Shown here: one piece after another, positions 48,557-58,903 of the stretch
How the letters are laid out: each line of letters begins with the position of its first letter
How positions within the stretch are numbered: position 1 is the first letter of the stretch
Assembly: GCA_000999095.1 (NCBI GenBank)
Contig: LCFP01000002.1
Span: 5,736-69,735, forward strand
From: Candidatus Gottesmanbacteria bacterium GW2011_GWA2_43_14
GTDB taxonomy: Bacteria; Patescibacteriota; Microgenomatia; 2-02-FULL-39-11
Direction of reading: 5' to 3'
Length of the DNA stretch: 64,000 nt
Made by a program: the position numbers and the translations under genes
Notes under the pieces: model-generated
Databases searched by the model: none
The model's input: only the letters and a program-made list of their open reading frames with translations
Told to the model about the DNA's origin: nothing

Positions 48557-49669
48557 ATGAAGAATAATCCAGAAAGATTTATGCTGGTCGGACTGTTTCC
48601 GAAAAAATACGGCAATGATGTAATCCTTTCTTATTTGGAAGAATTGGATTCATTGGTAAGGACTTACGGAGGAGAAACTACGGCAGTTTCGGTACAAAAA
48701 GGAGACCATTCCCACAGGGCTACCTATATCGGCAGCGGCAAAGCCAATGAAGTAGCCGATAAAATAGCGGAAAATCAAATCGATACGGTAGTTTTCAACG
48801 ACATTCTCAAAAGCGGACAGCTTTATACTCTGGAAAAGATTTTCCAGAGATCCAATCCGGAGATAAAGGTTTTGGATAAAATCGGCTTGATTCTGCTCAT
48901 TTTTGACAATCAGGCGGATACCGCAGAGGCCAAACTCCAGATAAAACTGGCCAGCCTTCGGCATATGGGACCGCGCACCTACGGCATGGGATATATTTTA
49001 TCCCGCCAGGGAGGGGGCATCGGCACCCGGGGTATCGGGGAAACAAATACCGAAATCATGCAAAGGCACTGGCGGAATGAAATTCGCGCAATCAAAACTA
49101 AACTGACCAAAATAATTAAGGACCGCCAGCTTCAAATTGCCAAAAGAAAAAAAGCTGGTACTGTTTCTGTCTCTCTGGTCGGCTATACCAATGCCGGCAA
49201 GACCAGCCTCTATAATGCCCTGACCGGAAAAAATAAATTGGTCGAAAACAGGCTGTTTGCCACCTTGGACAGCTCAATCGGCAGACTTTATCTGCCTGAA
49301 TTTAAAAACAATCTGATGGTGTCGGACACAATAGGCTTTATTCAAAACCTGCCGCCACAGCTTCTGGAATCATTCAAATCTACGCTTTTGGAGTCCATTC
49401 ATGCTGACCTGATTTTGCATGTCATAGACGTTTCCGATAGATTGTTCAGGGAAAAAATAGAAGTCGTCGAAGAAATTTTGGCTGAACTCGATCTGCAGGA
49501 AAAAAATCAAATCTATATATTCAATAAAGCGGATAAAATCACGGCCGAGATAAAAAATCAGGCGGCTCTTCAGTTCGCCGGCGTTCCGTTTTGCTTTGTT
49601 TCCGCCAAAACAGGTCTGGGTTTGCAGGAATTAAAGGGTAAAATTACCGGGGAAATCAAAAAACTATAA
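48557..49669 (+). CDS. hflX: Ribosome-splitting GTPase HflX
   Basis: 'GGIGTRGIGET', 'GYTNAGKTS', 'LFATLD', 'DTIGFI', 'NKAD'. Confidence 0.95.
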   Translation: MKNNPERFMLVGLFPKKYGNDVILSYLEELDSLVRTYGGETTAVSVQKGDHSHRATYIGSGKANEVADKIAENQIDTVVFNDILKSGQLYTLEKIFQRSNPEIKVLDKIGLILLIFDNQADTAEAKLQIKLASLRHMGPRTYGMGYILSRQGGGIGTRGIGETNTEIMQRHWRNEIRAIKTKLTKIIKDRQLQIAKRKKAGTVSVSLVGYTNAGKTSLYNALTGKNKLVENRLFATLDSSIGRLYLPEFKNNLMVSDTIGFIQNLPPQLLESFKSTLLESIHADLILHVIDVSDRLFREKIEVVEEILAELDLQEKNQIYIFNKADKITAEIKNQAALQFAGVPFCFVSAKTGLGLQELKGKITGEIKKL

Positions 49670-49831
49670 TTTCTCATCTGATTTAATGCGTGACGCAAAT
49701 CTTTCCAAAGTCAGATATAAAGTTAATTCTGAGGGCAAATCGTTCTCATCATTAATAATTAGTTCTTTTCGTTTAGACATTGACAAATATTGAAGTGAAA
49801 ATAATTAAATAAAATACTATAAATTATTTTG

Positions 49832-49913
49832 TGCCGAGGAGAGGACTTGAACCTCCACGCCTTGCGGCACAGCCTCCTCAAGACTGCGTGTATACCAATT
49901 TCACCACCTCGGC
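49832..49913 (-). tRNA. tRNA-Leu(GAG)
   Basis: CAGTC-TTGAGGA-GGCTG; long variable arm. Confidence 0.93.
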
Positions 49914-49975
49914 ATTGTGTGGTTTACCCTGTTATTTTATCACAGGATTTTAAGAGGAAAAGTATTGTCGCGACG

Positions 49976-50062
49976 TGGTGCCCTGAGAGGGAGTTGAACC
50001 CCCACGCTCGTAAAAGCACACGCTCCTGAAGCGTGCCTGTCTACCAATTCCAGCATCAGGGC
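49976..50062 (-). tRNA. tRNA-Leu(CAG)
   Basis: CACGC-TTCAGGA-GCGTG; long variable arm; CCA. Confidence 0.93.
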
Positions 50063-50064
50063 TC

Positions 50065-50139
50065 TGGAGCGGGCGATGGGATTCGCACCCACGGCCTCTT
50101 CCTTGGCAAGGAAGCATTCTACTGCTGAACTACGCCCGC
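50065..50139 (-). tRNA. tRNA-Gly(GCC)
   Basis: CTTCC-TTGCCAA-GGAAG; atypical T-loop GTGCGAAT; CCA. Confidence 0.9.
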
Positions 50140-50327
50140 TTTCCGGACTTAGATTATACCAAGTTACTTTCCCGGCCACAATCCGCCTAATATAAACTTC
50201 AGGAATTGAAAAAATCCGAAAAATAAGGCGTTTACTGCGCGGTAGATTGAAGGCCAGATATCTTCCAACACGTGCCAAAGGCGCGCGCTGTATTTTTCAC
50301 TGGACGGTGCTGATTCATCATCCATAC

Positions 50328-50765
50328 TTACTTAAAAATTATGCGGTCGCCTATTTTAATTTCCAACTCCTTAATTATACCAGAATTTACCTCTAGTACT
50401 TTATCAACCGGATTTTGCGGTGTAACGGTCTCTATATTATTGCCGTCAGGCGGTGGTATGTTTTCCGACAAGTCGGTTACCAGGACACCATCAATCCACA
50501 AAAAATCCAGGGGGAACTTCATCTCATTCATCCAGAAGGAATAGGCTTCTTTTTTATCGAAGATAAAAAGCATGCCCGTATCCCTGGACAGACTTTCCCT
50601 GAAAGACAGCCCGCGGTTTCTTTTTGAGGGGGTGTCGGCAACCAGAAGTTTAATAACCCGGCCGTTTATGACTGCCCGGGAGTAAAATCCGGCTTCTTTA
50701 AAAAATTTCAGGTAGACTGTCAGTAAAACTAAAATAACCGGAATTATGAGCAGGTATTTCTTCAT
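50328..50765 (-). CDS. DUF192-family protein
   Basis: 'VADTP..RGLSFR..GMLFIF..FWM..MKFPLDFLWI..VLEVNSG'. Confidence 0.88.
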   Translation of the reverse strand: MKKYLLIIPVILVLLTVYLKFFKEAGFYSRAVINGRVIKLLVADTPSKRNRGLSFRESLSRDTGMLFIFDKKEAYSFWMNEMKFPLDFLWIDGVLVTDLSENIPPPDGNNIETVTPQNPVDKVLEVNSGIIKELEIKIGDRIIFK

Positions 50766-50777
50766 ATTATTATTATT

Positions 50778-50855
50778 TGGTCGGGGATACCCGACTTGAA
50801 CGGGTGACCTCACGCTCCCAAAGCGTGCGCTCTAAGCCAACTGAGCTAATCCCCG
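50778..50855 (-). tRNA. tRNA-Pro(TGG)
   Basis: CACGC-TTTGGGA-GCGTG; CCA. Confidence 0.95.
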
Positions 50856-50937
50856 GAATGCCATTACCTATTCTACTAAATTGAGCTGACGTTGCAAGAT
50901 AAATGATATAACTGTAAAATATATTCCTCTCCCAAAA

Positions 50938-52092
50938 ATGACAATATTATTGAGTGTCTTGCTGTTTATATTTCTACTCAATCCCGGCCGGATATCGGCA
51001 GTTTACGATCCCGTATCTCGCGAAAACAATAAATACGGCATCCACATCATCGATGAAAATGATTTGGAATCGGCGTCTGCCCTGGTCAATTCATCCGGCG
51101 GAGACTGGGGTTATGTCACCATGGTCATGCCGGAAAATGAAAGAAAAGAAATTAAATGGAATGAAACCTTTGACCGGATGAAGCGGTTGCATTTGATTCC
51201 CATCATCCGGCTGGCAACCCGGCTGGAAGGGGATACCTGGAAAAAACCCGAAGCTGACCAGGCTGAAATTTGGTCAGAATTTTTGGATTCCCTGAACTGG
51301 CCTGTGCAAAACCGCTATCTGATACTTTTTAATGAACCGAACCACAGCAAAGAATGGGGAGGCGAACTTGACCCTGAAGGATATGCTGATATTCTGGATA
51401 GTTACAGCCGGTCATTAAAAAACAGGTCAGATGACTTTTTCATTCTTCCTGCAGGACTGGACGCTTCGGCCAACAATTCCCGCCAGACCATGGATGAAAC
51501 TTCATTCCTGGCGGCCATCTTCAATTATAAAAAAGAGATTTTTGATGCAATTGACGGCTGGACTTCACATTCATATCCCAATCCCCATTTCACGGGGGAC
51601 GCCAGCGACAGGGGACGCGGTACAGTAGCCAACTTTGTCTGGGAATTAAATTTATTGAATAAATGGGGAATTACCCGCAACCTGCCTGTTTTCATTACTG
51701 AAACCGGCTGGCCGCACAATGCCGGCGGCGACAATTACCTATATTCGCCGGAAACTATATCTGATTTTATCAACGAAACAGACCGGACCGTCTGGACTGA
51801 CTCCAGGATTGCCGCCATTACTCCGTTTATACTTAATTATCAGTCTTTTCCCTTTGCCAGTTTTTCATGGCAGAAATTGAACTCCGATAAATTCCATATT
51901 CATTTCGATACTTACCGTTCGCTGGTCAAAATCGACGGTAAACCACTTTTATACGTCGAAGAACCGACTCCGCCCGCACCGGTCATTAAAAAAGAATATT
52001 TATCGGAAAATAAAGGCATCCGCTTATCCAGCTGGCAGAAATTAATTTCTCTGGCAGTTTCACCCATACGCCAAATTCTGAAACTGATTTAA
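50938..52092 (+). CDS. Secreted GH-A clan glycoside hydrolase-like protein
   Basis: 'FNEPN' acid/base motif, 'SHSYP', 'VFITETGW' nucleophile motif; signal peptide. Confidence 0.7.
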   Translation: MTILLSVLLFIFLLNPGRISAVYDPVSRENNKYGIHIIDENDLESASALVNSSGGDWGYVTMVMPENERKEIKWNETFDRMKRLHLIPIIRLATRLEGDTWKKPEADQAEIWSEFLDSLNWPVQNRYLILFNEPNHSKEWGGELDPEGYADILDSYSRSLKNRSDDFFILPAGLDASANNSRQTMDETSFLAAIFNYKKEIFDAIDGWTSHSYPNPHFTGDASDRGRGTVANFVWELNLLNKWGITRNLPVFITETGWPHNAGGDNYLYSPETISDFINETDRTVWTDSRIAAITPFILNYQSFPFASFSWQKLNSDKFHIHFDTYRSLVKIDGKPLLYVEEPTPPAPVIKKEYLSENKGIRLSSWQKLISLAVSPIRQILKLI

Positions 52093-52160
52093 ACTCCTGT
52101 TAGGGGATCCTGCTTTAACTTTTCTAAAAATCCCGGATAGGATATAATGACAGACAAGAC

Positions 52161-52233
52161 GGTGACCGTAGCTCAACGGCAGAGCGTCGCCCTGTGGAGG
52201 CGAATGTTGCGGGTTCAAATCCCGTCGGTCACC
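52161..52233 (+). tRNA. tRNA-His(GTG)
   Basis: G-1; TCGCC-CTGTGGA-GGCGA; GGTTCAAATCC; C73. Confidence 0.95.
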
Positions 52234-52325
52234 CAAAAAATGAATTTTTAGGAAGTGAAAACGCATTTTGGATTGATAATACGGGCTATTCGAAATGAAC
52301 TACTTGTTTTCCGAACATAAAAACT

Positions 52326-52898
52326 ATGTCAAACGTTGAAACAAAAAAGGAGTTGTCGAGAGAACAACGTGAAGAACTACTGAAGAGCTTGAAAGCCCGT
52401 TTTGAGAAAAACATGAACCGCCATAAAGGTCTTGAATGGGCTAAAGTACAAGCAAAGCTGGAAGCGAGTACTGAAAAACTGTGGTCACTAAGTGGAATGG
52501 AAAGAACTGGCGGTGAACCGGATGTTATAGGTCTCGATAAAAAGACGGGCGAATACATTTTTTATGATTGTTCAGCGGAAACACCCCGCGGCCGCAGAAA
52601 TGTTTGTTACGACCGTGCAGGGCAGGAGGCAAGGAAAGCATTTAAACCAGAAGATAACGCTATTGATATGGCAGCTACCATGAGCATTGAACTTTTAACG
52701 GAAGAACAATATCGAGGGTTGCAGAAACTTGGAAATTTCGATACTAAAACGTCGAGCTGGTTGAAAACACCAATCAGTATTAGAAACTTAGGCGGCGCGT
52801 TGTTTGCTGATCGCCGCTATGGCAATGTCTTCGTGTATCACAACAGTGCGCCCTCATACTATGCTGCTCGCGCGTTCCGTGGCTCGCTAAGGGTCTAA
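52326..52898 (+). CDS. DUF4256-family protein
   Basis: 'RFEKNMNRH', 'MERTGGEPDV', 'DCSAETP.GRR..CYD', 'FDTKTSSWL', 'RGSLRV'. Confidence 0.8.
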   Translation: MSNVETKKELSREQREELLKSLKARFEKNMNRHKGLEWAKVQAKLEASTEKLWSLSGMERTGGEPDVIGLDKKTGEYIFYDCSAETPRGRRNVCYDRAGQEARKAFKPEDNAIDMAATMSIELLTEEQYRGLQKLGNFDTKTSSWLKTPISIRNLGGALFADRRYGNVFVYHNSAPSYYAARAFRGSLRV

Positions 52899-53035
52899 AT
52901 GTGGCGTGTAATCGATTACACAATGATACGAATGAAGTTCTAAAAAAAGCTATGTCCTTCTGCGGTAATGTATTATAATAGGTACGGACATCGTTCGGTA
53001 GGCTACCCGCAAAAAGAACCGGACCTCTTTAAAAA

Positions 53036-54754
53036 ATGCAAAGTTCCAGCCAATACGACAACGGTAACCAACAGGCTCATTCAGATAATAACCAGTCCCA
53101 TAACGGCCAAGGTTATCCTCCTGCCATTGGAGTGCTCGAACCTCAACCACAGGGCGATACTATCCCCATTTCAAAATACACCAAAGCTTTAATCAAAAGC
53201 TGGAAATTTCCTCCCAGTCCGCATAATTCATCAGTTGTAAAAATTTCCGTTTCACAGACGGTTTCCTTTGCCGCTTTTATCTACGAAAAAATGCGCAATG
53301 CCGTCGAGTTCCGGGAAGAACACCTCATCAGGAGGGCAGCCATTGAAAGAATCATCAAAAGACGGATTCTTCTCAATGAAAACGGCCGGGAAATTGCTGA
53401 ACCCCTCATTAAGGAACTTCTCTGGGCCAGGTATTATGAAAATAATACACTCGGTGAAGAAAAAATAGGGGAAATTCAGTCCATAACAGACAAATACTTT
53501 TTCCTGCGGAATGAAATCTCAGCCGGCAGGGGCAGCAAGGAACAGGAAAAGATTTCCGATTTTACCCTGGCGGTCATGTCCTGTGAAATAGAAGAAAGAC
53601 TGTCACCGCCATACCGACTTGAAGCTTTTACCAATTATGTTTTCCAAATCCTCAAGCCTTACGTCAAACCTTTTTCACAGGATGACCGGGAAAAGGACAT
53701 CCAGGTTTACATTGCTGTCGACAGGACATTCGCACACAGTGATGATCCCATGATCCGATACCATCTGCTAAAACTGGTCATTCCGGAAATTAATCAGGTC
53801 AGCTGGCTGTCAGCAGACAAGGTATTGCCTCAATATTATGAGGCTTTTCAAAGGATTGAAAGGGATATGAACCACCCGCTGGGTTTTAAAGTCAGAAATG
53901 CCATAAAAAAACAAATCCCGCCGTTTCTGATACTCAGGGACATATTTGAACAGAATACACCGGTAATTGAAAAGATTCTAAGTGACGACCAACGGTTAAA
54001 ATACAAGGTTGATGAAGCATGCAGAAAAAGATATGACGAGTCGAGTTCGCGCCTTAAAAGAACCGCAGTCCGCAGTTTCATTTATATCCTCCTGACCAAA
54101 GTTGTTTTCGCCCTGCTTCTGGAAATTCCTTATGACTTCTATATTTTGCAGCATGTTTCTTATCTGCCGATTGCCGTTAACGTCATATTCCCGCCAATCC
54201 TCATGACTCTGATAATCTTAACCGTTTCCATACCCGGGGATGACAATACCCGGCGCATTTATCAGCTGATCAAAGGCATAATTGATAATGACCCTGATAC
54301 ACCGGCGGCGGTTGGCAGCGGCATTTTCGTCAGCAAAAGCTCCAAAACCAGAAGTTTTGTTTTTACGACCATATTCACCCTATTTTACGGTATGACCTGG
54401 CTTCTGAGTTTCGGCTCAATAATTTATGTTCTGACTGTGCTGGATTTTTCCGTCGTCAGCCAGGCAATTTTTATCTTTTTCGTTACCCTGGTGACATTTT
54501 TTGCTTTCCGCGTCATTCAAATTACTCAAGAATTCCAGGTTGTTTCCAAAGAAGGCATGCTTTCGACGATCGGCGATTTTTTCTTTTTGCCGATAATACG
54601 GGTCGGCCAATGGCTGTCAGGGGAGGTTTTGCAGCGTTTCAACTTCTTTATCTTTTTCCTTGATTTTATTATCGAAATGCCTTTTAAAGCCATCGTGGAA
54701 GTCTTTGACGAGTGGATCCACTTCATGCGTCTGAAAAAAGAGGAAATATTCTGA
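53036..54754 (+). CDS. Hypothetical membrane protein
   Basis: 572 aa; 'YEKMRNAVEFREEHLIRRAAIERI'; 4-5 C-terminal TM segments. Confidence 0.75.
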   Translation: MQSSSQYDNGNQQAHSDNNQSHNGQGYPPAIGVLEPQPQGDTIPISKYTKALIKSWKFPPSPHNSSVVKISVSQTVSFAAFIYEKMRNAVEFREEHLIRRAAIERIIKRRILLNENGREIAEPLIKELLWARYYENNTLGEEKIGEIQSITDKYFFLRNEISAGRGSKEQEKISDFTLAVMSCEIEERLSPPYRLEAFTNYVFQILKPYVKPFSQDDREKDIQVYIAVDRTFAHSDDPMIRYHLLKLVIPEINQVSWLSADKVLPQYYEAFQRIERDMNHPLGFKVRNAIKKQIPPFLILRDIFEQNTPVIEKILSDDQRLKYKVDEACRKRYDESSSRLKRTAVRSFIYILLTKVVFALLLEIPYDFYILQHVSYLPIAVNVIFPPILMTLIILTVSIPGDDNTRRIYQLIKGIIDNDPDTPAAVGSGIFVSKSSKTRSFVFTTIFTLFYGMTWLLSFGSIIYVLTVLDFSVVSQAIFIFFVTLVTFFAFRVIQITQEFQVVSKEGMLSTIGDFFFLPIIRVGQWLSGEVLQRFNFFIFFLDFIIEMPFKAIVEVFDEWIHFMRLKKEEIF

Positions 54755-54757
54755 GAC

Positions 54758-56554
54758 TCAGGTATAGACTTTCAAAAAAACCTCCTGGGGAATTTCCACT
54801 CTGCCCAGACTTCTCATTTTCTTTTTGCCTTTCTTTTGCGTGTCCAGCAGCTTGTCTTTTCTGGTACGGTCACCCCCGTAGAGTTTGGCGGTGACATCCT
54901 TGCGCATGGCTGAAATGTCAGCCCGGGCGATGACCTTGCCGCCGATTGCCGCCTGTATGGGGATTTGAAACTGGTGTCGGGGGATATGAATTTTCAGCTT
55001 CTCCACAATTTTATTGGCATAAGTAACGGCTTTTTCTCTGACCACAATCTGTGAAAAAGCATCTGCTTTTATCCGGTTAAGCAGTATATCCACCTTGACA
55101 GCATCAACTTTCCGGTGTTCATAATATTCATAGTCCAGGCTGGCATAGCCGTGGCTGACGGACTTCAGCCTGTCGAAAAAATCGATGATCATCTCAGAAA
55201 GAGGAATCAAATATTCCAAATGGGCCTGGTTGCCGACATAGTTTAGATTTATATACTCAGCCCTTTTTTCCTGTGTAAGTTGCATTATTTGCCCCACGTA
55301 TTCTTTCGGGGAATATATATGGCTGTACATGATAGGTTCTTCTATCATCTTAATGAGTGACGGATCAGGGTAGTCGTCAGGTGTCTTGACCGTTTTAATT
55401 TCCCCGTTTTGGAGGCTGATCAGGTATTCGACTGAGGGAGCGGTAGCCACAATGCCAAGGCCGAATTCACGGTTTAATCTTTCTTTGATTATTTCGGCAT
55501 GAAGTAGGCCTAGGAATCCGCAAAGGAAACCTTTGCCTAAAGCCAGTGATGAATGCGGCTTGCTGGTGACGGAACTGTCCGACAACTGCAGTTTTTCCAA
55601 AGATTCGCGCAAAATCATATATTCGTCATTGTCAGTCGGATAAAAAGTCAGAAAAACCATAGGTTTGGGTTTCTTGAAACCGGACAATGGGTCGGATGCT
55701 TCTCCGTACCTGATGATGGTATCACCGACATTAGCCTGACGAATATCCTTAAGCCCTGTGGCGATGTAACCTACTTCTCCGAATGCCAGTTTTCCCGAAG
55801 ACACTTTTTCCGGGTTAAAAATACCGATTTCCAAAGGATGAAAATATGTCTTGGAGGCAGAAAAAGCCAAATCCCGGTAATCACTTTTTTCGTCAATTGA
55901 GACAGCGCCGTCTGTCACCCTGATAAAAACAATAACTCCCATATGAGGATCATATTGTGAGGAAAAGACCAGCGCCCGGAATCCGTCAATGGTCTGTTCC
56001 GGCGGTGGAATTTTTTTGACGACTTCTTCCAAAACCCGTTCCACATTGATACCGGCTTTGGCGCTGATATATAGGATTTCTTCTTTGGCAAAACCGAAAT
56101 TCTCCACCAGTTCATCGGCGACTTCATCCGGGTGAGCTGTTTCCAGATCGATTTTATTGAGTACCGGGATTATTTTAAGCTTTGTCTGTTTGATCACGTT
56201 TAGATGTGCTACGGTTTGGGCCTGGATGCCCGCTGCGGCATCGACAACCAGTATTATGCCTTCGCAGGCAGCCAGCGAACGGGACACTTCATAAGAGAAA
56301 TCAACGTGGCCCGGAGTATCGATAAGGTTAAGAATGTACTCGTTGGCTTCAAATGTATATTTCATCCTGACCGGGGCCAGTTTTATGGTAATGCCACGTT
56401 CGCGTTCAATCGGATTGGAATCCAGGATCTGGTCCATCATTTTCCTTTTTTCGATGGAACCTGTAATCTCCAGAATCCTGTCGGCCAATGTTGATTTGCC
56501 GTGATCGATATGGGCCACAATAGCAAAATTTCTGATGAATTTGGGATCGGTCAT
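54758..56554 (-). CDS. lepA: Elongation factor 4
   Basis: 'IRNFAIVAHIDHGKSTLADR', 'ERERGITIK', 'GFLGLLH', 'KLYGGD.TRK'. Confidence 0.97.
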   Translation of the reverse strand: MTDPKFIRNFAIVAHIDHGKSTLADRILEITGSIEKRKMMDQILDSNPIERERGITIKLAPVRMKYTFEANEYILNLIDTPGHVDFSYEVSRSLAACEGIILVVDAAAGIQAQTVAHLNVIKQTKLKIIPVLNKIDLETAHPDEVADELVENFGFAKEEILYISAKAGINVERVLEEVVKKIPPPEQTIDGFRALVFSSQYDPHMGVIVFIRVTDGAVSIDEKSDYRDLAFSASKTYFHPLEIGIFNPEKVSSGKLAFGEVGYIATGLKDIRQANVGDTIIRYGEASDPLSGFKKPKPMVFLTFYPTDNDEYMILRESLEKLQLSDSSVTSKPHSSLALGKGFLCGFLGLLHAEIIKERLNREFGLGIVATAPSVEYLISLQNGEIKTVKTPDDYPDPSLIKMIEEPIMYSHIYSPKEYVGQIMQLTQEKRAEYINLNYVGNQAHLEYLIPLSEMIIDFFDRLKSVSHGYASLDYEYYEHRKVDAVKVDILLNRIKADAFSQIVVREKAVTYANKIVEKLKIHIPRHQFQIPIQAAIGGKVIARADISAMRKDVTAKLYGGDRTRKDKLLDTQKKGKKKMRSLGRVEIPQEVFLKVYT

Positions 56555-56556
56555 GA

Positions 56557-56877
56557 TTAAAGATTTACCAGGGGAACAAATTCTATGTCAACCTCTTCCC
56601 AGGGGTGGACTTCCTTGATGGCCTCTACAATCTTATCAGCCTGTTTTTTATCACAGGTCATTTCGATTCTGACGACAGGCGCTCGGGTTATCTGGCCGAC
56701 TTCACCCAGATAAGGTTTGGCGCCCTCCTCAGGCTCCCAGTTACCTTCACCATGCGTCAGGAAAGCTACCTGGCTGTACTTGCCGTAAACTCCGGCACCC
56801 AGAGTTGATGATACCCTGATTATCTGTTTAATAACTTCCTCATCATCCGGACAATAGACGTAAAATTTCAGTTTCAT
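56557..56877 (-). CDS. YqfO/Nif3 PII-like-insert family small protein
   Basis: 'GAGVYGKYS..F..G.G...P.EGAKPYLG..RIE..IKEVHPWEE'. Confidence 0.75.
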   Translation of the reverse strand: MKLKFYVYCPDDEEVIKQIIRVSSTLGAGVYGKYSQVAFLTHGEGNWEPEEGAKPYLGEVGQITRAPVVRIEMTCDKKQADKIVEAIKEVHPWEEVDIEFVPLVNL

Positions 56878-56938
56878 ATTTGTCAATATTGTGCAATTAT
56901 TATACACTTGACGGCCTCTTACTGAAACAATTCAATAA

Positions 56939-57676
56939 ATGGGACTAATCGAAACAGAGTATCTCGGAGAACATATTCCGAAAACAGGATTGACTGCCGT
57001 AAGGGAATTCTTTTACAGAACAAAAAATCCTTTTGTTGTTATTTCTGATAATGGTATGCTTTTTCCTTCTGATGCCGACCCAAGCCCGGTAATTAGATAT
57101 CCTGCGCTAGATTATTTAAAAACACATTTGGCAACTTCGGCAACCGGTAGGAAATTATTAAAAATTGCCTTTGGACAAACTCGTGGACAATATCAAGATT
57201 TTGTTCCTGATAATCCTATAAAAATTATATTCGGCCACTCCGTATTCAAACAGTTAGAGAGCGACCATCCGGAAGCCCAATTATTGACAGTTGTCCGCGA
57301 CCCTCTTCCCAGAACAGTTTCCCAATATTTCTTTGTATTAAATGATAAAGCAATTACCGGTTACCTTCCCGACTGGGCAATCGGCAACGAAGATGAACTT
57401 CCCCTGTCACAGTTCCTCACAGATCCGGAAACTGCAAATTTCCAAACAAAGTATCTTAACGGTTATATTTCCAAACTGAAATTTATCGGGGTTACGGATA
57501 AATTAGAAAATTTTGTCAGATACTTATTTCCTGATAAAAAAATTGTGTTGGGGCGAAGGAATATTACCAAAAGACCAAAACTTCATATTCCGGATCAAGT
57601 TATTTACGAATTTAAGAAACTGAATAAGCAGGATTATGAATTATATGAATACGCTAAAAATACGTTCAACGCTTAA
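56939..57676 (+). CDS. Sulfotransferase-family protein
   Basis: 5'-PSB 'HIPKTG.T'; 3'-PB 'VRDPLPR.VSQY'; 'NKQDYELY'. Confidence 0.8.
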   Translation: MGLIETEYLGEHIPKTGLTAVREFFYRTKNPFVVISDNGMLFPSDADPSPVIRYPALDYLKTHLATSATGRKLLKIAFGQTRGQYQDFVPDNPIKIIFGHSVFKQLESDHPEAQLLTVVRDPLPRTVSQYFFVLNDKAITGYLPDWAIGNEDELPLSQFLTDPETANFQTKYLNGYISKLKFIGVTDKLENFVRYLFPDKKIVLGRRNITKRPKLHIPDQVIYEFKKLNKQDYELYEYAKNTFNA

Positions 57677-57831
57677 AGTCCTTACGGACATCCAACCTTC
57701 CCGACATTTTGGTGATCCCGCTAGTACCTTAAACAGACTGAAGGAATTCTTTAAATTATTCCTTTCTGATGGACTAAACTCCGAGTTTGCTTATGCATTT
57801 GGACTAAAAGATGTATAGCAAAGTACAATAT

Positions 57832-58866
57832 CTATTTCTCTCTTAAGACATAAAAAGTAGCTTTGCCTTTTGCTTTCCTACTAATTAAACCTAACTCTAT
57901 TAATTTTTTAAAATCTAATGCTCTAGTTGCCTTCGCTCGGTCAACTAATTTTGCATAATCCCGGTCAGAGATAAATCCCCTTTCTTTAATAAACTCTAGC
58001 ATCTTTAGGTGATAGGGTTTAAGTTGGGTTTCTGGACTCATTCCAACCTGTGGAAGTAGTTTTTGGACCCTTAGTAGTTCATCGATAATTCCTTCTGTAA
58101 AATATTCTAGCCAAGGAGTGAAATCAATTTTATCTGTTAATTCATAGTAATTGCCAAATTCTCCTACAGTTTGAAAATATTTAGTAACATTTTTATTGTA
58201 ATAATGCTCAAAACTGAAAAGGTTAAAAGTATTTAATCCCATTTCAGCCAAAAGCACTTTTGTAGCAAGGCGGGTTGTTCTTCCGTTTCCATCCATAAAA
58301 GGGTGAATAATTACCATTTGCTTGTGGAATATACCAGCTAAAATAAGAGGATCAATTTCGTTTCGGTTGCTATTTACAAACCCAATTAAATCCTCTATTA
58401 GTTTCTTTACATCTTTTGCATCAGGAGGTAAATATATAACTTTTCTAGTTCTCGGATCGTTTACAACTACTGGTTTCTCTCGCAATTTTCCAGATTCAAA
58501 TTTAGGTAATAATCCTTTAGTAATTTCTTTTTGAATTCTTAATATCAGATTAAGAGATAATTTTACTTGTGCCTTTTCAAGTTTTTCATTTAAATTCTGG
58601 AGTGCTTGATTGTAATTTAAAATCTCCTTCTCGCTATCCCTTATATGAACAGACTTTGATATGAGGATTTTTTTAACCTCGGTTAAAGGAAAAGGATTCC
58701 CTTCGATACTCGTTGAGGCGTATGTTGAAACAGCCCTTGCAGTCTTTTCAAGCTCTATTAAAACAACATTAGGAAACCGCCTATTATTTAGTTCATTTAC
58801 TAAAGCATTAACTCGTTTAATATTTGATAAAAGACGATCTGTAATAGTATATCGAGGTGTTAACAT
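57832..58866 (-). CDS. Class II Fic-domain protein with C-terminal winged helix
   Basis: 'HPFMDGNGRTTR' active motif; N-terminal inhibitory 'STSIEGN'; 'RATRALDFKKL..LGLI..KGKATFY'-type wHTH tail. Confidence 0.9.
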   Translation of the reverse strand: MLTPRYTITDRLLSNIKRVNALVNELNNRRFPNVVLIELEKTARAVSTYASTSIEGNPFPLTEVKKILISKSVHIRDSEKEILNYNQALQNLNEKLEKAQVKLSLNLILRIQKEITKGLLPKFESGKLREKPVVVNDPRTRKVIYLPPDAKDVKKLIEDLIGFVNSNRNEIDPLILAGIFHKQMVIIHPFMDGNGRTTRLATKVLLAEMGLNTFNLFSFEHYYNKNVTKYFQTVGEFGNYYELTDKIDFTPWLEYFTEGIIDELLRVQKLLPQVGMSPETQLKPYHLKMLEFIKERGFISDRDYAKLVDRAKATRALDFKKLIELGLISRKAKGKATFYVLREK

Positions 58867-58867
58867 A

Positions 58868-58903
58868 TAGTCGTATTATAGACGAATAGTAGACGATTCG
58901 CAA
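58868..58903 (-). promoter_or_regulatory. Leaderless-type promoter of fic overlapped by direct repeats
   Basis: Minus strand TTGCGA-N17-TATAAT, 8 nt before ATG; TAGWCGW repeats at 11-bp period. Confidence 0.6.

Noticed and set aside
49691-49717. Possible att-like site downstream of tRNA-Leu(GAG) (tgac-N16-tcagata)
   Set aside because: Both the core and the distal motif match poorly, and no cargo gene is enclosed; not distinguishable from chance by eye.
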